Source: Rhodospirillaceae bacterium (GTDB lineage Bacteria > Pseudomonadota > Alphaproteobacteria > Rhodospirillales > UBA2165). Taken from it: a stretch of DNA of 64,000 bases. Both the position numbers and the translations under genes were made by a program. Positions 20,901-30,462 of this stretch are shown here, piece by piece. The DNA is taken from assembly GCA_947467145.1 (NCBI GenBank), contig CANIGJ010000003.1:79065-143064 (forward strand), given 5' to 3'. The notes under the pieces are model-generated. The model was not told the origin of the DNA. It did not search any database and was given only the letters and a program-made list of their open reading frames with translations. Each line of letters starts with the position of its first letter. Position 1 is the stretch's first letter.

Positions 20901-21379
20901 ATGTCGGCGGCGTCGCGTTCTTCGACCAGGGCGAAGTGCGGCGCGAGTCCGGCTTCCAGCGGGAAGCGCCGTAGCAGCGATTGGCAGAAGGCATGGATGG
21001 TCATGATGTTCATGCCGCCCGGCGTGTCGAGCACGACCGCCAGCAATTGGCGTGCACGTGCGGTCTGGCGCTCGCTCGGCGGATGGCCGAGCAGCGCGAT
21101 CAATTCATCGGCTAGGGTTGTGTCGTCGGCGAGCGCCCAGCGGCCCAACCGGTCGGACACGCGCGTCGCCATTTCGGCCGCCGCCGCACGCGTGAAGGTG
21201 AGACATAGGATGCGATGCGGTTCCAAATCGGGTCGTGTGACGAGCAGACTCAGCACGCGGTCGGTGAGCACCTTGGTCTTGCCGGTGCCGGCCGAGGCCG
21301 ACACCCAGACCGAGGCGAGCGCATCGGCGGCGGCGCGTTGGCGTTCGGCGGCGAGGATCAACGGATCGGGTGCGTTCAT
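17921..21379 (-). CDS. addA: double-strand break repair helicase AddA
   Basis: Trimmed to ATG 21379. UvrD-like Walker A SAGTGKTKVLT. C-terminal PD-(D/E)XK nuclease motif VDFKTNR. ATGA overlap with addB. Confidence 0.85.
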   Translation of the reverse strand: MNAPDPLILAAERQRAAADALASVWVSASAGTGKTKVLTDRVLSLLVTRPDLEPHRILCLTFTRAAAAEMATRVSDRLGRWALADDTTLADELIALLGHPPSERQTARARQLLAVVLDTPGGMNIMTIHAFCQSLLRRFPLEAGLAPHFALVEERDAADMLADAMEDILSRALAGRDPTLAEALSIVTRHVQDSEQFTSLIASLTATRGRIQRIVETAGSFDAAINALYTTLGLNDRETADTIVTAGSLEPAFDGGALRRACSILAGGTKTDQERGSLLATWLALHERTRADFDAYCGVYLTATGTIRASLITKKLGTDNPDIAEALQIEAERILTVCSRMKSAEIAECTAALLRIGIELLARYEKRKADHGLVDYADLIARAVALLQRPGVAPWVLFKLDGGLDHILIDEAQDTSPEQWSIMRALAEEFFAGLGQRDTPRTVFAVGDVKQSIYSFQGADPHSFLEMRGIFAERLNAIEKRLEQVALDVSFRSTPAVLEAIDKIFAQTDAHDGVAFDDAIIHHIAKRIGDGGLVELWPAVSPRESEGPTAWKPPVERIRADSAQTRLAFLIARRIEQMIATGERLESAGRPIRPGDIMVLVRHRTGFVDDLVRALKELNIAVAGVDRMHLTQQIAVMDLMALGHVALLPEDDLTLATVLKGPLIDLSEEQLFTLAHGRSGSLWDALRTKAQSNADFARAFESLSAVMTRADILAPYEFFGEILGGRLRGREKLLARLGPDAADPITEFVNLALSYESAHVPTLEGFLHWVEVGDVEIKRDLDQGARDAVRVITVHGAKGLEAPIVFLPDTFQTPRTDERFFWPSHNGVEAFLWAPKRALHDPLCDAEREKIKYLREQEYRRLLYVALTRARDRLYVCGWRTKTTPPDGCWYNLIERGLSEIATPVEDPFLVQQDETDSATLLRLHSAQTTHMEGSAPKADEPIAPLKPWAHLPAPAEETPPRPLAPSRPDGAEPPVVSPLGTDAGVRFRRGRIVHSLLQTLPDLTPDARRAAALRFVTRPAHELTADEQAKIVDETLAVLSAPESAFLFGPGSRAEVPLVGRVGDAVVSAQLDRIVVLEDSVGVVDFKTNRPPPSQAADVPDIYLRQMAVYRAALALVYPDKRIDCYLLWTDGARLMPLPPELLMLTDLGSS

Positions 21380-24366
21380 TCGCCGCCCTCGCCGTCGTTG
21401 CCCGCCGCCCATTCCTTGACGCGCGCCAGATGTTCATAGGCGCTGTAGCGCGGCGCCATGTCGGGGCGTGGCCGCGCCTCGTACGGCGTGTCGGCATGGT
21501 CGAAGGACGCGACGAGGCCGATCAGGCCGGCGCGGGCTTCTTCTGCCAGTGTCTGCGGATCGGTCTCTTTGCTGGCTGCCGGTTTTTCCTCGCCGGCCGG
21601 ATTGCCGCCGCTCAAGCGCAAGAAGGCGAGCTTGGAGATATCGCCGCCTTTGATGCCGGTAAAACCGCCGGCCACGGCGATCATGGCTTCGAGCGGCAAT
21701 TGCGGCGCAAACCCCGCGGCGACTTCCTTAGGAGAAGGTGCAGCACCGGTCTTGTAATCGAAGATCTGCAATGTGCCGTCATCCATCCGATCGATGCGGT
21801 CGGCAATCGCGGTGACTTTGAACGGCCCTGCCGGTCCATCGACGATCAATTCGCCGCTGACTTCGCTGGCGATCCCGGCAAGGCCAAGTCGGCGCTCCGG
21901 TTCGCTCTCGGCGATCCAGCGCGCGATACGCAGGAAGCGCGGCCACCAGAAGGCGCGCACGCCGGGCGGCACGGATTGTTCGGCGAATTTTTCTTCGCCC
22001 AGCGCACTCAGCTTCTCGAAGGCATCGGAAGGAAGCGCTTGCGGGTATTGCCGGATGAATTCGTCCAGGATGCGATGAATGATCGTGCCGTAATCGGCGC
22101 GGTCGGGTGCGGTGTCGATGGGATCGAGCTCGCGCAAGCGCAGGATATGGCGCGCATAGATCGCATAAGGATCGCGCATCCAGGTTTCGATCTGCGTGAC
22201 CGACAATTGGCGGGGCCGCGCGGCGACCGGTGGTTTGGGCGCCGGACGGCGATCGGCGCGCAGCACGCGGGTTGCATCGGGCGCATCGAGTAGCGTCTGC
22301 CAATGCAACCAGTGGCGCGCGGCGCGTTCGCTGTATTCCTCCGGGTGCAGTTCGAACTTGGCGAGGATCTTTTCCATCTTCACCAGCCAGCGCGACGGCA
22401 CGGTCGGTGTGCCGTCAACACGGGCGGCGCGCGTCAAAACGACCTCGGATGCGGCATAGGCTTGCGCGAAATCATGCGCGGTCAAACCGATGCGCCGTTC
22501 GGGCGGCGGCAGGCCGAAGGCCTTGCGCATAGGCCGGCTCATCCACGGATCGGCTTCACCGTCGGGCGGCCAGGTGCCTTCGTTGAGCCCGCCCAGGATC
22601 ATCACGTCGGCGTGTTGCAGGCGGGCTTCGAGCAAGCCCCAGATGAACAGACGTGGATGCGCGCCATACGTCGGCCGCACCACGCGACCGCCGAGAAGGG
22701 CGTCGATCAATCCAGAATAAGAACGCGGCGGAATCTCGCCCAACGCGCTGGCGGCTTCGATGGTTTCGGACACAAAGGCGGCGGCAGCTTCACCTGCATC
22801 GCCGGCCCACAAACGATGCGCGCCGCTTTGTTCGTCGCTGAGTGCGAGGGCTTCGGCCATGGCGACATGTGCGGCGACGAGATCGGCGAAAGGCGCAGAG
22901 GCTTGCGCGATCAATTGCGCGAACGCTGAGCTTGCTTGTTCTATGGTATCGAGCAGGCCGTGCAAGGCGCGGTCATCCTTGGCGCGCGATGCGGCGAGGG
23001 CGGCACGCAAGCCGGCAATCCCCGATGCCGGGCGGGGCCCGCGTAAGGTCGCGATCTCAAGGGCGCGGACGAGGCGGCGCATCGTGGCGGGCGCCAGGCC
23101 GCAAGCGGCGAGCGGATGCTTCGCCAGTGCCAGCACGGCAATGGGCGCGAAATCCTGCGTCACCAATTCGGCGGCAAGACGCAGGAACGCACCGATGGGC
23201 GTGGTGGCGAGCGGATGGCCTGCGGAGTCGTCGATCTCGATGTCCCAGCGGCGCAATTCGGCGGCGACGCGGCGCGCGAGATTGCGATCGGGCGTGACCA
23301 ATGCTGCCGTGCGTCCCGGCGTTTCCAACGTGTCGCGCATCAGCAGCGCGATGACGCGGGCTTCTTCGTCGGCGCCCGGGCAATCGATGCGCGACAGATT
23401 GGCGAGCGCCTCGTTGCTAGGCTTGGCGATGTCGCGCCACGCCCGCGTGGTGTCGGCCGGGCGCATGATCTCGGACAGTAGGCCCGCGCGATCCGGATGG
23501 GTGATGCGCGCAGGCTGCGTCGGCCACAGCTTCACGCGCGAAGTCGGCTCGTCGAGCCGCGCCAGCAGGCGCAGCATGCCGTGTTGCGGATGCTGCGCAT
23601 CCTCCAGTGCTGCCGCCGCACTCTCTGTCGTCACAGAAGGATCGAACCCTGGCAGCACAAGCACGCCGCGCGGCAAAGTAGGGATGACGGCCAAAAGGTC
23701 CGCCGTCGCGGGGATGCTACCGGTCGAACCCGCTGCGATCACCAAGCCTTGCGGTGGATGGGTTTGCCAGCGCATCGCTTCGAGGGCCAATAGTTGGTTG
23801 CGCCGATCGGCGGCATCGATGCAGCCTTCGTCGGCGAGGATGGCCGGCCAATGATGCGTGACGATTTTCAGGAATTCGAGCGTCTGTTGCCAGTGTTCGG
23901 CATGTTCCTCGGGTACGATATCGGCGAGGCGATCAAACGACAGCCGTTCGGTGCGTACCCGATCGATCAGGCGACCGAGTTCGAGCGCCAACATCGCGGC
24001 CTGTTCCACCGGCATGTCAGCCTGCGCTTTGCGGACAAGACGCGCGAGCAACAGCTGGCGGCGCAGGCCGGAGATCGCCGGCGGCACGTCGAGCCCGTCG
24101 CCCGACAATTCGTCGTTGCCGGCGATGACCAATTCGTCTTCGTCGATATCGCCGAGCGGCGTCATGCGCGGTAACAGCAACGGCTTGCCGTCGCTCAGGC
24201 GCAGGAAGGCTTCGCGCAACGAACGCACCGCACGCCGTGTCGGCAGCAGGATGGTGACGTCGGCAAGGGCGGCGGGATCGGAACCGATCTCGTCCAGAAT
24301 ACCGGCCGCCAGCGCATCGACGAACGGCCAGCCGGCGGGGATCGTGTAGATGCCCCGCAAGGACAT
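21376..24366 (-). CDS. addB: double-strand break repair protein AddB (alphaproteobacterial type)
   Basis: Trimmed to ATG 24366 (MSLRGIYTIPAGWPF). C-terminal nuclease motif IFDYKTGAAPS. Directly upstream of addA. Confidence 0.8.
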   Translation of the reverse strand: MSLRGIYTIPAGWPFVDALAAGILDEIGSDPAALADVTILLPTRRAVRSLREAFLRLSDGKPLLLPRMTPLGDIDEDELVIAGNDELSGDGLDVPPAISGLRRQLLLARLVRKAQADMPVEQAAMLALELGRLIDRVRTERLSFDRLADIVPEEHAEHWQQTLEFLKIVTHHWPAILADEGCIDAADRRNQLLALEAMRWQTHPPQGLVIAAGSTGSIPATADLLAVIPTLPRGVLVLPGFDPSVTTESAAAALEDAQHPQHGMLRLLARLDEPTSRVKLWPTQPARITHPDRAGLLSEIMRPADTTRAWRDIAKPSNEALANLSRIDCPGADEEARVIALLMRDTLETPGRTAALVTPDRNLARRVAAELRRWDIEIDDSAGHPLATTPIGAFLRLAAELVTQDFAPIAVLALAKHPLAACGLAPATMRRLVRALEIATLRGPRPASGIAGLRAALAASRAKDDRALHGLLDTIEQASSAFAQLIAQASAPFADLVAAHVAMAEALALSDEQSGAHRLWAGDAGEAAAAFVSETIEAASALGEIPPRSYSGLIDALLGGRVVRPTYGAHPRLFIWGLLEARLQHADVMILGGLNEGTWPPDGEADPWMSRPMRKAFGLPPPERRIGLTAHDFAQAYAASEVVLTRAARVDGTPTVPSRWLVKMEKILAKFELHPEEYSERAARHWLHWQTLLDAPDATRVLRADRRPAPKPPVAARPRQLSVTQIETWMRDPYAIYARHILRLRELDPIDTAPDRADYGTIIHRILDEFIRQYPQALPSDAFEKLSALGEEKFAEQSVPPGVRAFWWPRFLRIARWIAESEPERRLGLAGIASEVSGELIVDGPAGPFKVTAIADRIDRMDDGTLQIFDYKTGAAPSPKEVAAGFAPQLPLEAMIAVAGGFTGIKGGDISKLAFLRLSGGNPAGEEKPAASKETDPQTLAEEARAGLIGLVASFDHADTPYEARPRPDMAPRYSAYEHLARVKEWAAGNDGEGGE

Positions 24367-25115
24367 TAGCGGCGCCGCCGGCCCGGGAATTTCTGGTTCA
24401 TGAAAACCTCGGCCTGGTTCAATCCGGCGGGATTGCCGATGTCGAACCATTCGCCGTCATGGACGATGCCGTAGAGGCGTTCTTGCTCAATCAGACGGTC
24501 GAACACGACATTGAGGGAGAACGGCCCCTCCGGCGTATTTTTCATTGCGCGCGGATGCAGGATTTCTACACCGGTATAGACGTAAGGCGAAATCTCGCGT
24601 TCCGGCCGGCGCGCGAGCTTGCCCAGCGGATCGACGACGAAATCGCCGCGCCCACGATAACCATAGGCTTCGACGGTGGAATGGAGCAGCAGCAGCGCGT
24701 CCATCTTGTCGGCGTCCCACAGATCGGCGAGACGCTGCAAGGCGTCGGTATTGCTGTTGAGCCAGAGGATGTCGGCATTGGCGACGTAGAACGGCTCGTC
24801 GCCGAAATTCGCCAGGGCTTTTTTCACGCCGCCGCCGGTTTCAAGCAGCAGATCGGCTTCGTCGGAAATCACGATCTCCAGATCGCGGCGGAATTTCAGA
24901 TGATCGATGATCTGATCGCCCAGATGATGCGTGTTCACCACGGCCTTCTGCACGCCGACGGCGACCAGACGATCGAGCGCATGGTCGAGCAAGGTACGGC
25001 CCGCGACCTTGATCATCGGCTTCGGCGTCTTGTCGGTGATCGGGCGCATGCGCAGGCCAAGCCCGGCGCCCAGCACCATCGCATTTTTCGGGGGAGTCTT
25101 CGGCTGCAGCGCCAT
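24366..25115 (-). CDS. murU: nucleotidyltransferase, MurU-like (MurNAc-1-P uridylyltransferase)
   Basis: VLGAGLGLRMRPITDKTPKPMIKVAGRTLLDH sugar-nucleotidyltransferase N-terminus. Paired with an AmgK-like kinase. Confidence 0.7.
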   Translation of the reverse strand: MALQPKTPPKNAMVLGAGLGLRMRPITDKTPKPMIKVAGRTLLDHALDRLVAVGVQKAVVNTHHLGDQIIDHLKFRRDLEIVISDEADLLLETGGGVKKALANFGDEPFYVANADILWLNSNTDALQRLADLWDADKMDALLLLHSTVEAYGYRGRGDFVVDPLGKLARRPEREISPYVYTGVEILHPRAMKNTPEGPFSLNVVFDRLIEQERLYGIVHDGEWFDIGNPAGLNQAEVFMNQKFPGRRRR

Positions 25116-25129
25116 CGGTATACTTTCGT

Positions 25130-26146
25130 TCAGGCTTTGGGCTTTTGTATGGCAGGAATGCCGCGTTTCTTCTTCGGCATATGTTTATCGAGCCACGCGC
25201 GCAAGGGGGCAAGCAACGGATCTTCGCAGGCCCGCTCCAGCATGCGCCAGACGCGTGGAATATGGCCGAGATAGATCGGTTTGCCGTCGCGTTGGGCGAG
25301 GCGCGTGAAGATACCGATGACCTTGCAATGGCGTTGGGCTGCCAAGGTCGCGTAGGAATCGCGGAAACGATCCCAATCCATGTCGGGGCGGGCGTCCTGG
25401 TAACGTTCGAGCAGTTCGATCTCGAGGTCCGGGTCCATGTCGCGCCGCGCATCCTCGATCAGCGACATCAGATCGTAGGCGGGCGAGCCGGCGACGGCGT
25501 CTTGATAATCGAGCAGGGCGCAGTTCTTGAGGGCGCCGCGTTTCGGTAGCCAGATTAGATTGTCGGCGTGGAAATCGCGCAGCACGATCGTGCGCTCCGT
25601 GCCCGTCATGGCCGGCACCAGCGCCGCCCAGATGTCGCGGAAGGCGCGTTTGGCGGCATCGTCGAGCGGGCGACCCAATTGCGCCGGGATATACCAATCG
25701 ACCAGCAGTTCGGCTTCCGCGATCAGGCGTGCGGCGTCGTATGCGGGCAGGCCATCGGGGATGGTCTGGCTCGCGGGCTTATTATGCAGATCGGCAATGA
25801 GATCGATCGCGGCTTCGTAAAGTTCGGCCGCGTCGGCTTTCGCCGCCAAGGCCTTGGTATAGGTCGCATCGCCTAAATCCTCGAGCAGCAGCAGGCCATT
25901 GATCAGGTCTTCGGCGAGCAAGGTCGGCACCGAATAGCCGAGACCTTGCAGATGATTGGTGATGCGCACGAAGGGCCGTACGTCTTCCTTGGGTGGCGGC
26001 GCATCCATCAGGACGGCGACGTCTTGGCCACGCGTCACACGGTCGTAGCGGCGGAAGGACGCATCGCCGGCGAGCGGGCGGCGCTCGGCTGTACCCCAGC
26101 CTGCGCCGTCGAGGAATTGCGCGATGATGGCGTTACGATCAGACAT
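25130..26146 (-). CDS. amgK: aminoglycoside-phosphotransferase-fold kinase, AmgK-like (anomeric MurNAc/GlcNAc kinase)
   Basis: 338 aa. Motifs GDASFRRYDRV and VLRDFHADNLIW (APH catalytic loop). Confidence 0.65.
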   Translation of the reverse strand: MSDRNAIIAQFLDGAGWGTAERRPLAGDASFRRYDRVTRGQDVAVLMDAPPPKEDVRPFVRITNHLQGLGYSVPTLLAEDLINGLLLLEDLGDATYTKALAAKADAAELYEAAIDLIADLHNKPASQTIPDGLPAYDAARLIAEAELLVDWYIPAQLGRPLDDAAKRAFRDIWAALVPAMTGTERTIVLRDFHADNLIWLPKRGALKNCALLDYQDAVAGSPAYDLMSLIEDARRDMDPDLEIELLERYQDARPDMDWDRFRDSYATLAAQRHCKVIGIFTRLAQRDGKPIYLGHIPRVWRMLERACEDPLLAPLRAWLDKHMPKKKRGIPAIQKPKA

Positions 26147-26158
26147 TACAGATTTGCT

Positions 26159-26629
26159 TCATAAGTCGATTTCATTGAGCCGGTCGATCCAGTTTGCGCT
26201 GCCGGCGAAGTCAAATCGCCGTTCGGTTTCGTGTGTACCTTGATTGATCGTTATATCGAGTCGTTCGCGCGGCAGATACCGCCCCAACCGATCCGGCCAT
26301 TCGATCAGCGAAATGCCCTCGGCGAAAGCATCCTCGATGCCGATCTCGAAGGCATCTTCGGGGGCCTCAAGGCGATAGAGGTCGAAGTGATAGATCGTGC
26401 CGTCTGCCGCATCATAGACCTGCAACAAGGTGAAGGTCGGGCTCGGCACTTCTTCGCCGCCGCCTTGCGCCGTAATGAAAGCGCGCGCGAACGCGGTTTT
26501 GCCAGCGCCCAAGGTCCCGGCCAAGGTGATGACGTCGCGGGGCCGCGCGATATGCGCCACCTTACGCGCCAACGCGCCGGTGGCGGCTTCATCGGCGACA
26601 GTCACGGTGCGGAGAATGGCGGACGTCAT
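26159..26629 (-). CDS. tsaE: tRNA t6A37 biosynthesis ATPase TsaE
   Basis: ORF 26159..27028 trimmed to ATG 26629 (MTSAILRTV). Motifs GTLGAGKTAFARAF, SPTFTL and HFDLYRL. Confidence 0.85.
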   Translation of the reverse strand: MTSAILRTVTVADEAATGALARKVAHIARPRDVITLAGTLGAGKTAFARAFITAQGGGEEVPSPTFTLLQVYDAADGTIYHFDLYRLEAPEDAFEIGIEDAFAEGISLIEWPDRLGRYLPRERLDITINQGTHETERRFDFAGSANWIDRLNEIDL

Positions 26630-26637
26630 GTGACTTT

Positions 26638-28089
26638 CTAGCGGTCCGCATCCGGTTTCTCCACCTTCATCGTAGGCAGGTGGATTGTGACGGTGGTGCC
26701 GCGGTTGCGTTGCGCGGCGATGTCGATCGTGCCGCCATGCATCTCGGCGAAGCGGCGCACGAGGGTGAGGCCGAGCCCCGCACCCGGCCCATGCATATCG
26801 GCGCCGGCCCCGCGGACAAACGCGTTCTGCACCTGCGGCAATTCGTCGCGCGCGATGCCGATGCCGGTATCGTCGACGCTGATGTCGATGCCGGCACGGG
26901 TGCGCTTGGCTGCCAAGGTGATGGTGCCGCCCGCTGGGGTATAGAGGATCGCGTTGTTCAGCAGATGCAGCACGGCCTGACGGATGCGGCGTTCGTCGCC
27001 CTCCATCGCGCCGATCCCGGGCGGGCAATCGAAGGCGAGGGTCAGGCGTTGCGTGCGGGTGCGGTCCGACACGGCGGCGACCAGCCCGGCCAGGGCGGCA
27101 TGCAGATCGAACGATGATGGTTCAAGCTGCGTCATGCCGGCCTCGATACCGGCGAGATCGAGGATATCGTCGATCAGGCGGGCGAGCTGCGTTGTTGTCG
27201 TCGCGATGCCGTTGGCGTAGTCGGCCTGCCGCCCCATGAGTGAGCCGGCGTAACCGCCGGCCAGCATCTCGGCAAAACCGATAATGGTGGTGAGTGGCAC
27301 GCGCGCCTCGTGCGCCAAGGTCGCGACGAATTCCGATTTCATGCGGTCGGCTGCTTCGGTCGTTTCGGCGCGTGCACGTAGCGCGTCCTGCAGGCGGGCT
27401 TCGGTGGTCACATCGGCGTAACGCAACAGGACCGCGCCATCGGGCAAGGGCAGGTGATGGGCATCGTACAGCCGCTCTGCATGTTCGATGCGCAGCGATC
27501 CGGCGCGGCGCGCGAGCAGCTGCGATACGGCCCAGTCGCTTTTGCTGGCGGTCAGGAAATCGGCGAGCTTGTCGCCCTCCCAATTCCACAGCGTACGAAA
27601 GGCGGCGTTGGCGAGTTTGAACCGCCCATCGGCACCAAAGACCGCCAGCGCATCGGCGAGATGATCGAGGGTCTGGCGCTGTACCAAGGCGGCTTCGTTG
27701 ACGGCGCGCTCGGCGGCGATCCGGGGCGTCATATCCTCATAAGCCAGCACGAAGCCGCCGCCCTTCAGCGGGCTCGCGGTGCGCTTGTAGGTCGATCCGT
27801 CCGGCAGATATTGGCGTTCCGCGACAACGCGGGTTAGCGCCGCCAGGCGGTGGCGTTCCTCGTCGCGCCAGGCCGCTAGGTTGGCGACTTCCGGCAGGCG
27901 ATGGTTGGCATGCAGGCGGGCGATCAGATCGCTCCAGGATGGCCTTTGGCTCAGGAAGTCGGGGGTGAGGCCGCTGAAGGCGGCATAGGCCGGCGAGAAG
28001 GCGGTCAGGCGGGCGGCCCGGTCGAAAACGCAGACCGGGATCGGCAGGGCATTCAAAAGGCCGGCATCGATCTGTTCGCGAATATCCAC
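26638..28089 (-). CDS. PAS-domain sensor histidine kinase
   Basis: GTG start at 28089. PAS-like N-terminal half, H-box FVATLAHEARVPLTTIIGF, and N/G boxes LLNNAILYTP, DDTGIGI, GAGLGLTLV. Confidence 0.8.
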   Translation of the reverse strand: MDIREQIDAGLLNALPIPVCVFDRAARLTAFSPAYAAFSGLTPDFLSQRPSWSDLIARLHANHRLPEVANLAAWRDEERHRLAALTRVVAERQYLPDGSTYKRTASPLKGGGFVLAYEDMTPRIAAERAVNEAALVQRQTLDHLADALAVFGADGRFKLANAAFRTLWNWEGDKLADFLTASKSDWAVSQLLARRAGSLRIEHAERLYDAHHLPLPDGAVLLRYADVTTEARLQDALRARAETTEAADRMKSEFVATLAHEARVPLTTIIGFAEMLAGGYAGSLMGRQADYANGIATTTTQLARLIDDILDLAGIEAGMTQLEPSSFDLHAALAGLVAAVSDRTRTQRLTLAFDCPPGIGAMEGDERRIRQAVLHLLNNAILYTPAGGTITLAAKRTRAGIDISVDDTGIGIARDELPQVQNAFVRGAGADMHGPGAGLGLTLVRRFAEMHGGTIDIAAQRNRGTTVTIHLPTMKVEKPDADR

Positions 28090-28136
28090 GTGCCTGTTCT
28101 AGGCCGATTCGCCCCTAATTTAGAAGCAATTGCCCA

Positions 28137-28170
28137 AAGCAAAACGGGGCGCCAGTTGCCTGGCGCCCCG
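28137..28170 (-). terminator. Rho-independent terminator of ahcY
   Basis: On the minus strand, CGGGGCGCCAG-GCAA-CTGGCGCCCCG is followed by TTTTGCTTT. Confidence 0.8.
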
Positions 28171-28195
28171 CTTGTTTGGCTTATGACCGGATCGC

Positions 28196-29596
28196 TTAGT
28201 AGCGATAGGTCTCCGGCTTGAATGGGCCAGCGGCCGGGATGTTGATGTAGTCGGCCTGCTTCTTGGTCATGGTCGTGAGCTTCACGCCGATCTTATCGAG
28301 GTGCAGACGTGCGACCTTCTCGTCCAAGTGCTTGGGCAGGGTGTAGACCTGCACCTTGTACTTGCCGTCCTTGTTGTTCGCGAAGAGTTCGATCTGCGCG
28401 AGCGTCTGGTTGGTGAACGAGGCGGACATCACGAAGGACGGATGGCCCGTCGCATTGCCCAGGTTCACCAAGCGGCCTTCCGACAGAAGGATCATGCGCT
28501 TGCCGTCCGGGAACTCGATCTCGTCGACCTGCGGCTTCACGTTGTGCCACTTGAAGTTCTTCAAGCCGGCAACTTGGATCTCCGAGTCGAAGTGACCGAT
28601 GTTGCAGACGATCGCACGGTCTTTCATGGCGCGCATGTGATCGACCGTGATGACGTCGAGGTTGCCCGTCGCGGTCACGAAGATGTCGGCGCGCGGTGCG
28701 GCCTCTTCCATCGTGACGACTTCGTAACCTTCCATCGCCGCCTGCAGAGCGCAGATCGGATCGATTTCGGAGACGAGCACGCGGCAACCGGCGTTGCGGA
28801 GCGAAGCGGCCGAGCCCTTGCCCACGTCGCCGAAGCCCGCAACCATCGCAACCTTGCCGGCCATCATGACGTCGGTGCCACGGCGAATGCCGTCAACCAG
28901 CGACTCTTTGCAGCCGTAGAGGTTGTCGAACTTCGACTTGGTGACCGAGTCGTTGACGTTGATGGCGGGCCAGAGGAGCTGGCCTTTCTTGTGCATCTCG
29001 TACAGACGATGCACGCCCGTGGTGGTTTCTTCCGAAACGCCCTTGATCGATTCGGCGCACTTCTTGAACCAGCCTGGCTTCGCCTTGAGCTGGCCCTTGA
29101 TGGCCGCGAACAGGAATTCTTCTTCTTCGTTCGACGGCTTGTCGAGGAAGGCCGCGTCGCCCTTCTCGGCGCGCAGGCCGAGATGGATCAGCGCCGTGGC
29201 GTCGCCGCCGTCGTCGAGGATCATGTTGGGGACGCCGCCGTCAGCCCATTCGAAGATCTTAATCTGGTAATCCCAGTAGTCCTTCAGGCTCGAGCCCTTC
29301 ACGGCGAAGATCGGCGTGCCGGTTTTGACGAGCGCGGCAGCAGCGTGATCCTGGGTCGAATAGATGTTGCACGACGCCCAGCGGATGTCGGCGCCCAGCG
29401 CCTGCAGGGTTTCGATCAACACGGCCGTCTGAATGGTCATGTGTAGCGAGCCGGCGATGCGCGCACCTTTGAGCGGCTGCGACTTGCCGAATTCGGCGCG
29501 GGTCGCCATCAGGCCCGGCATTTCTACCTGGGCAATTTCGAGTTCCTTGCGGCCCCATTCGGCCAAGCTAATGTCGGCGATTGCGTAATCGGTCAT
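28196..29596 (-). CDS. ahcY: adenosylhomocysteinase
   Basis: 466 aa. Begins [22 protein letters not shown] site [11 protein letters not shown]-terminal PFKPETYRY. Confidence 0.95.
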   Translation of the reverse strand: MTDYAIADISLAEWGRKELEIAQVEMPGLMATRAEFGKSQPLKGARIAGSLHMTIQTAVLIETLQALGADIRWASCNIYSTQDHAAAALVKTGTPIFAVKGSSLKDYWDYQIKIFEWADGGVPNMILDDGGDATALIHLGLRAEKGDAAFLDKPSNEEEEFLFAAIKGQLKAKPGWFKKCAESIKGVSEETTTGVHRLYEMHKKGQLLWPAINVNDSVTKSKFDNLYGCKESLVDGIRRGTDVMMAGKVAMVAGFGDVGKGSAASLRNAGCRVLVSEIDPICALQAAMEGYEVVTMEEAAPRADIFVTATGNLDVITVDHMRAMKDRAIVCNIGHFDSEIQVAGLKNFKWHNVKPQVDEIEFPDGKRMILLSEGRLVNLGNATGHPSFVMSASFTNQTLAQIELFANNKDGKYKVQVYTLPKHLDEKVARLHLDKIGVKLTTMTKKQADYINIPAAGPFKPETYRY

Positions 29597-29738
29597 CTGC
29601 TATGTCTCCCTTTGCGGACCGGGCGGATGTAACAAGTGTTCCCAGGATTCTCAAGGAAAGAATTCTTGGGAAATGTCCCAACGAGAGGCGGTGGGCCATC
29701 CAGAGGTTTACGTTGGATTTCCGCGCTTTTAGGTGGGG

Positions 29739-30008
29739 TTACTCGTAGAATCCGGCGCTGACCAGCTCGTCGAGCGCTTTTAGCGCCGCCTCGGCGTCCG
29801 CACCTTCGGTCGCGATCTCGATTTTATCGCCGGGACCGGCGCCCAGCATCATCAATCCCAGGATCGAATTGCCCGATACGGTCTCGTCGTTGCCGACCTT
29901 GGACACCTTGATGGTGGCGTTGAAGGTGACGGCGAGTTTGACGAATTTGGCGGCTGCCCGCGCATGCAGGCCGAGCTCATTGACGATGGCGAGCGTCTTT
30001 GCCCCCAC
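29739..30008 (-). CDS. ptsH: HPr/NPr phosphocarrier protein
   Basis: 89 aa. NELGLHARAAAKF (His-15 region) and SILGLMMLGA (Ser-46 region). Confidence 0.85.
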   Translation of the reverse strand: MGAKTLAIVNELGLHARAAAKFVKLAVTFNATIKVSKVGNDETVSGNSILGLMMLGAGPGDKIEIATEGADAEAALKALDELVSAGFYE

Positions 30009-30416
30009 CTAGCTCTTATCCTTGGCCAGAAGCTGCGAGGCGATATTGATGTATTTCTTACCGGCTTCCTGCGCCTTGGCGACGGCTTCGGCGATGGTCG
30101 TCTTCTCGCGCACGCTGGCCAGTTTCACCAGCATCGGCAGGTTGATGCCGGCGATCACTTCGACCTTGGCGCGGTCCATGACCGAAATGGCCAGATTGGA
30201 CGGCGTGCCGCCGAACATATCGGTGAGCAGAATGACGCCTTCGCCGGTATCGGTCTTGTCGACCGCATCCAGGATATCGCGGCGACGCTGTTCCATGTCG
30301 TCGTCGGGCGCGATGCAGATCGACACGACGTTGGCCTGCGGTCCGACCACATGCTCGAGGGCGTTGACGAGTTCGGCTGCGAGCCGCCCGTGGGTAACGA
30401 GAACCATTCCGATCAT
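30009..30416 (-). CDS. manX: PTS EIIA-Man-type component
   Basis: Trimmed to ATG 30416 (MIGMVLVTHGRLA, phosphorylatable His). Abuts ptsH. Confidence 0.8.
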   Translation of the reverse strand: MIGMVLVTHGRLAAELVNALEHVVGPQANVVSICIAPDDDMEQRRRDILDAVDKTDTGEGVILLTDMFGGTPSNLAISVMDRAKVEVIAGINLPMLVKLASVREKTTIAEAVAKAQEAGKKYINIASQLLAKDKS

Positions 30417-30462
30417 GTGGCTTCCGCTGAGATGCGCACTCGCTTGATGCTCGCTACTGGGC

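Noticed and set aside
26630-27028. N-terminal extensions of track ORFs, for example tsaE 26159..27028, chvI 33529..34530, FkbM 37132..38586, CMD 55574..56620 and hydrolase 43007..44383.
   Set aside because: The extensions are Arg/Pro-rich, overlap the neighbouring real gene in another frame, and precede an internal start that matches the family N-terminus.
29597-29738. Possible SAH riboswitch in the ahcY leader, and an imperfect palindrome TTCCCAGGATTC...GAATTCTTGGGAA at 29639..29672.
   Set aside because: I could not find the conserved SAH-riboswitch core (the AGGCUC / CAGGAC / AACGGCGCUC-type segments as I remember them). The palindrome matches only about 9 of 12 positions. cmscan would settle it.
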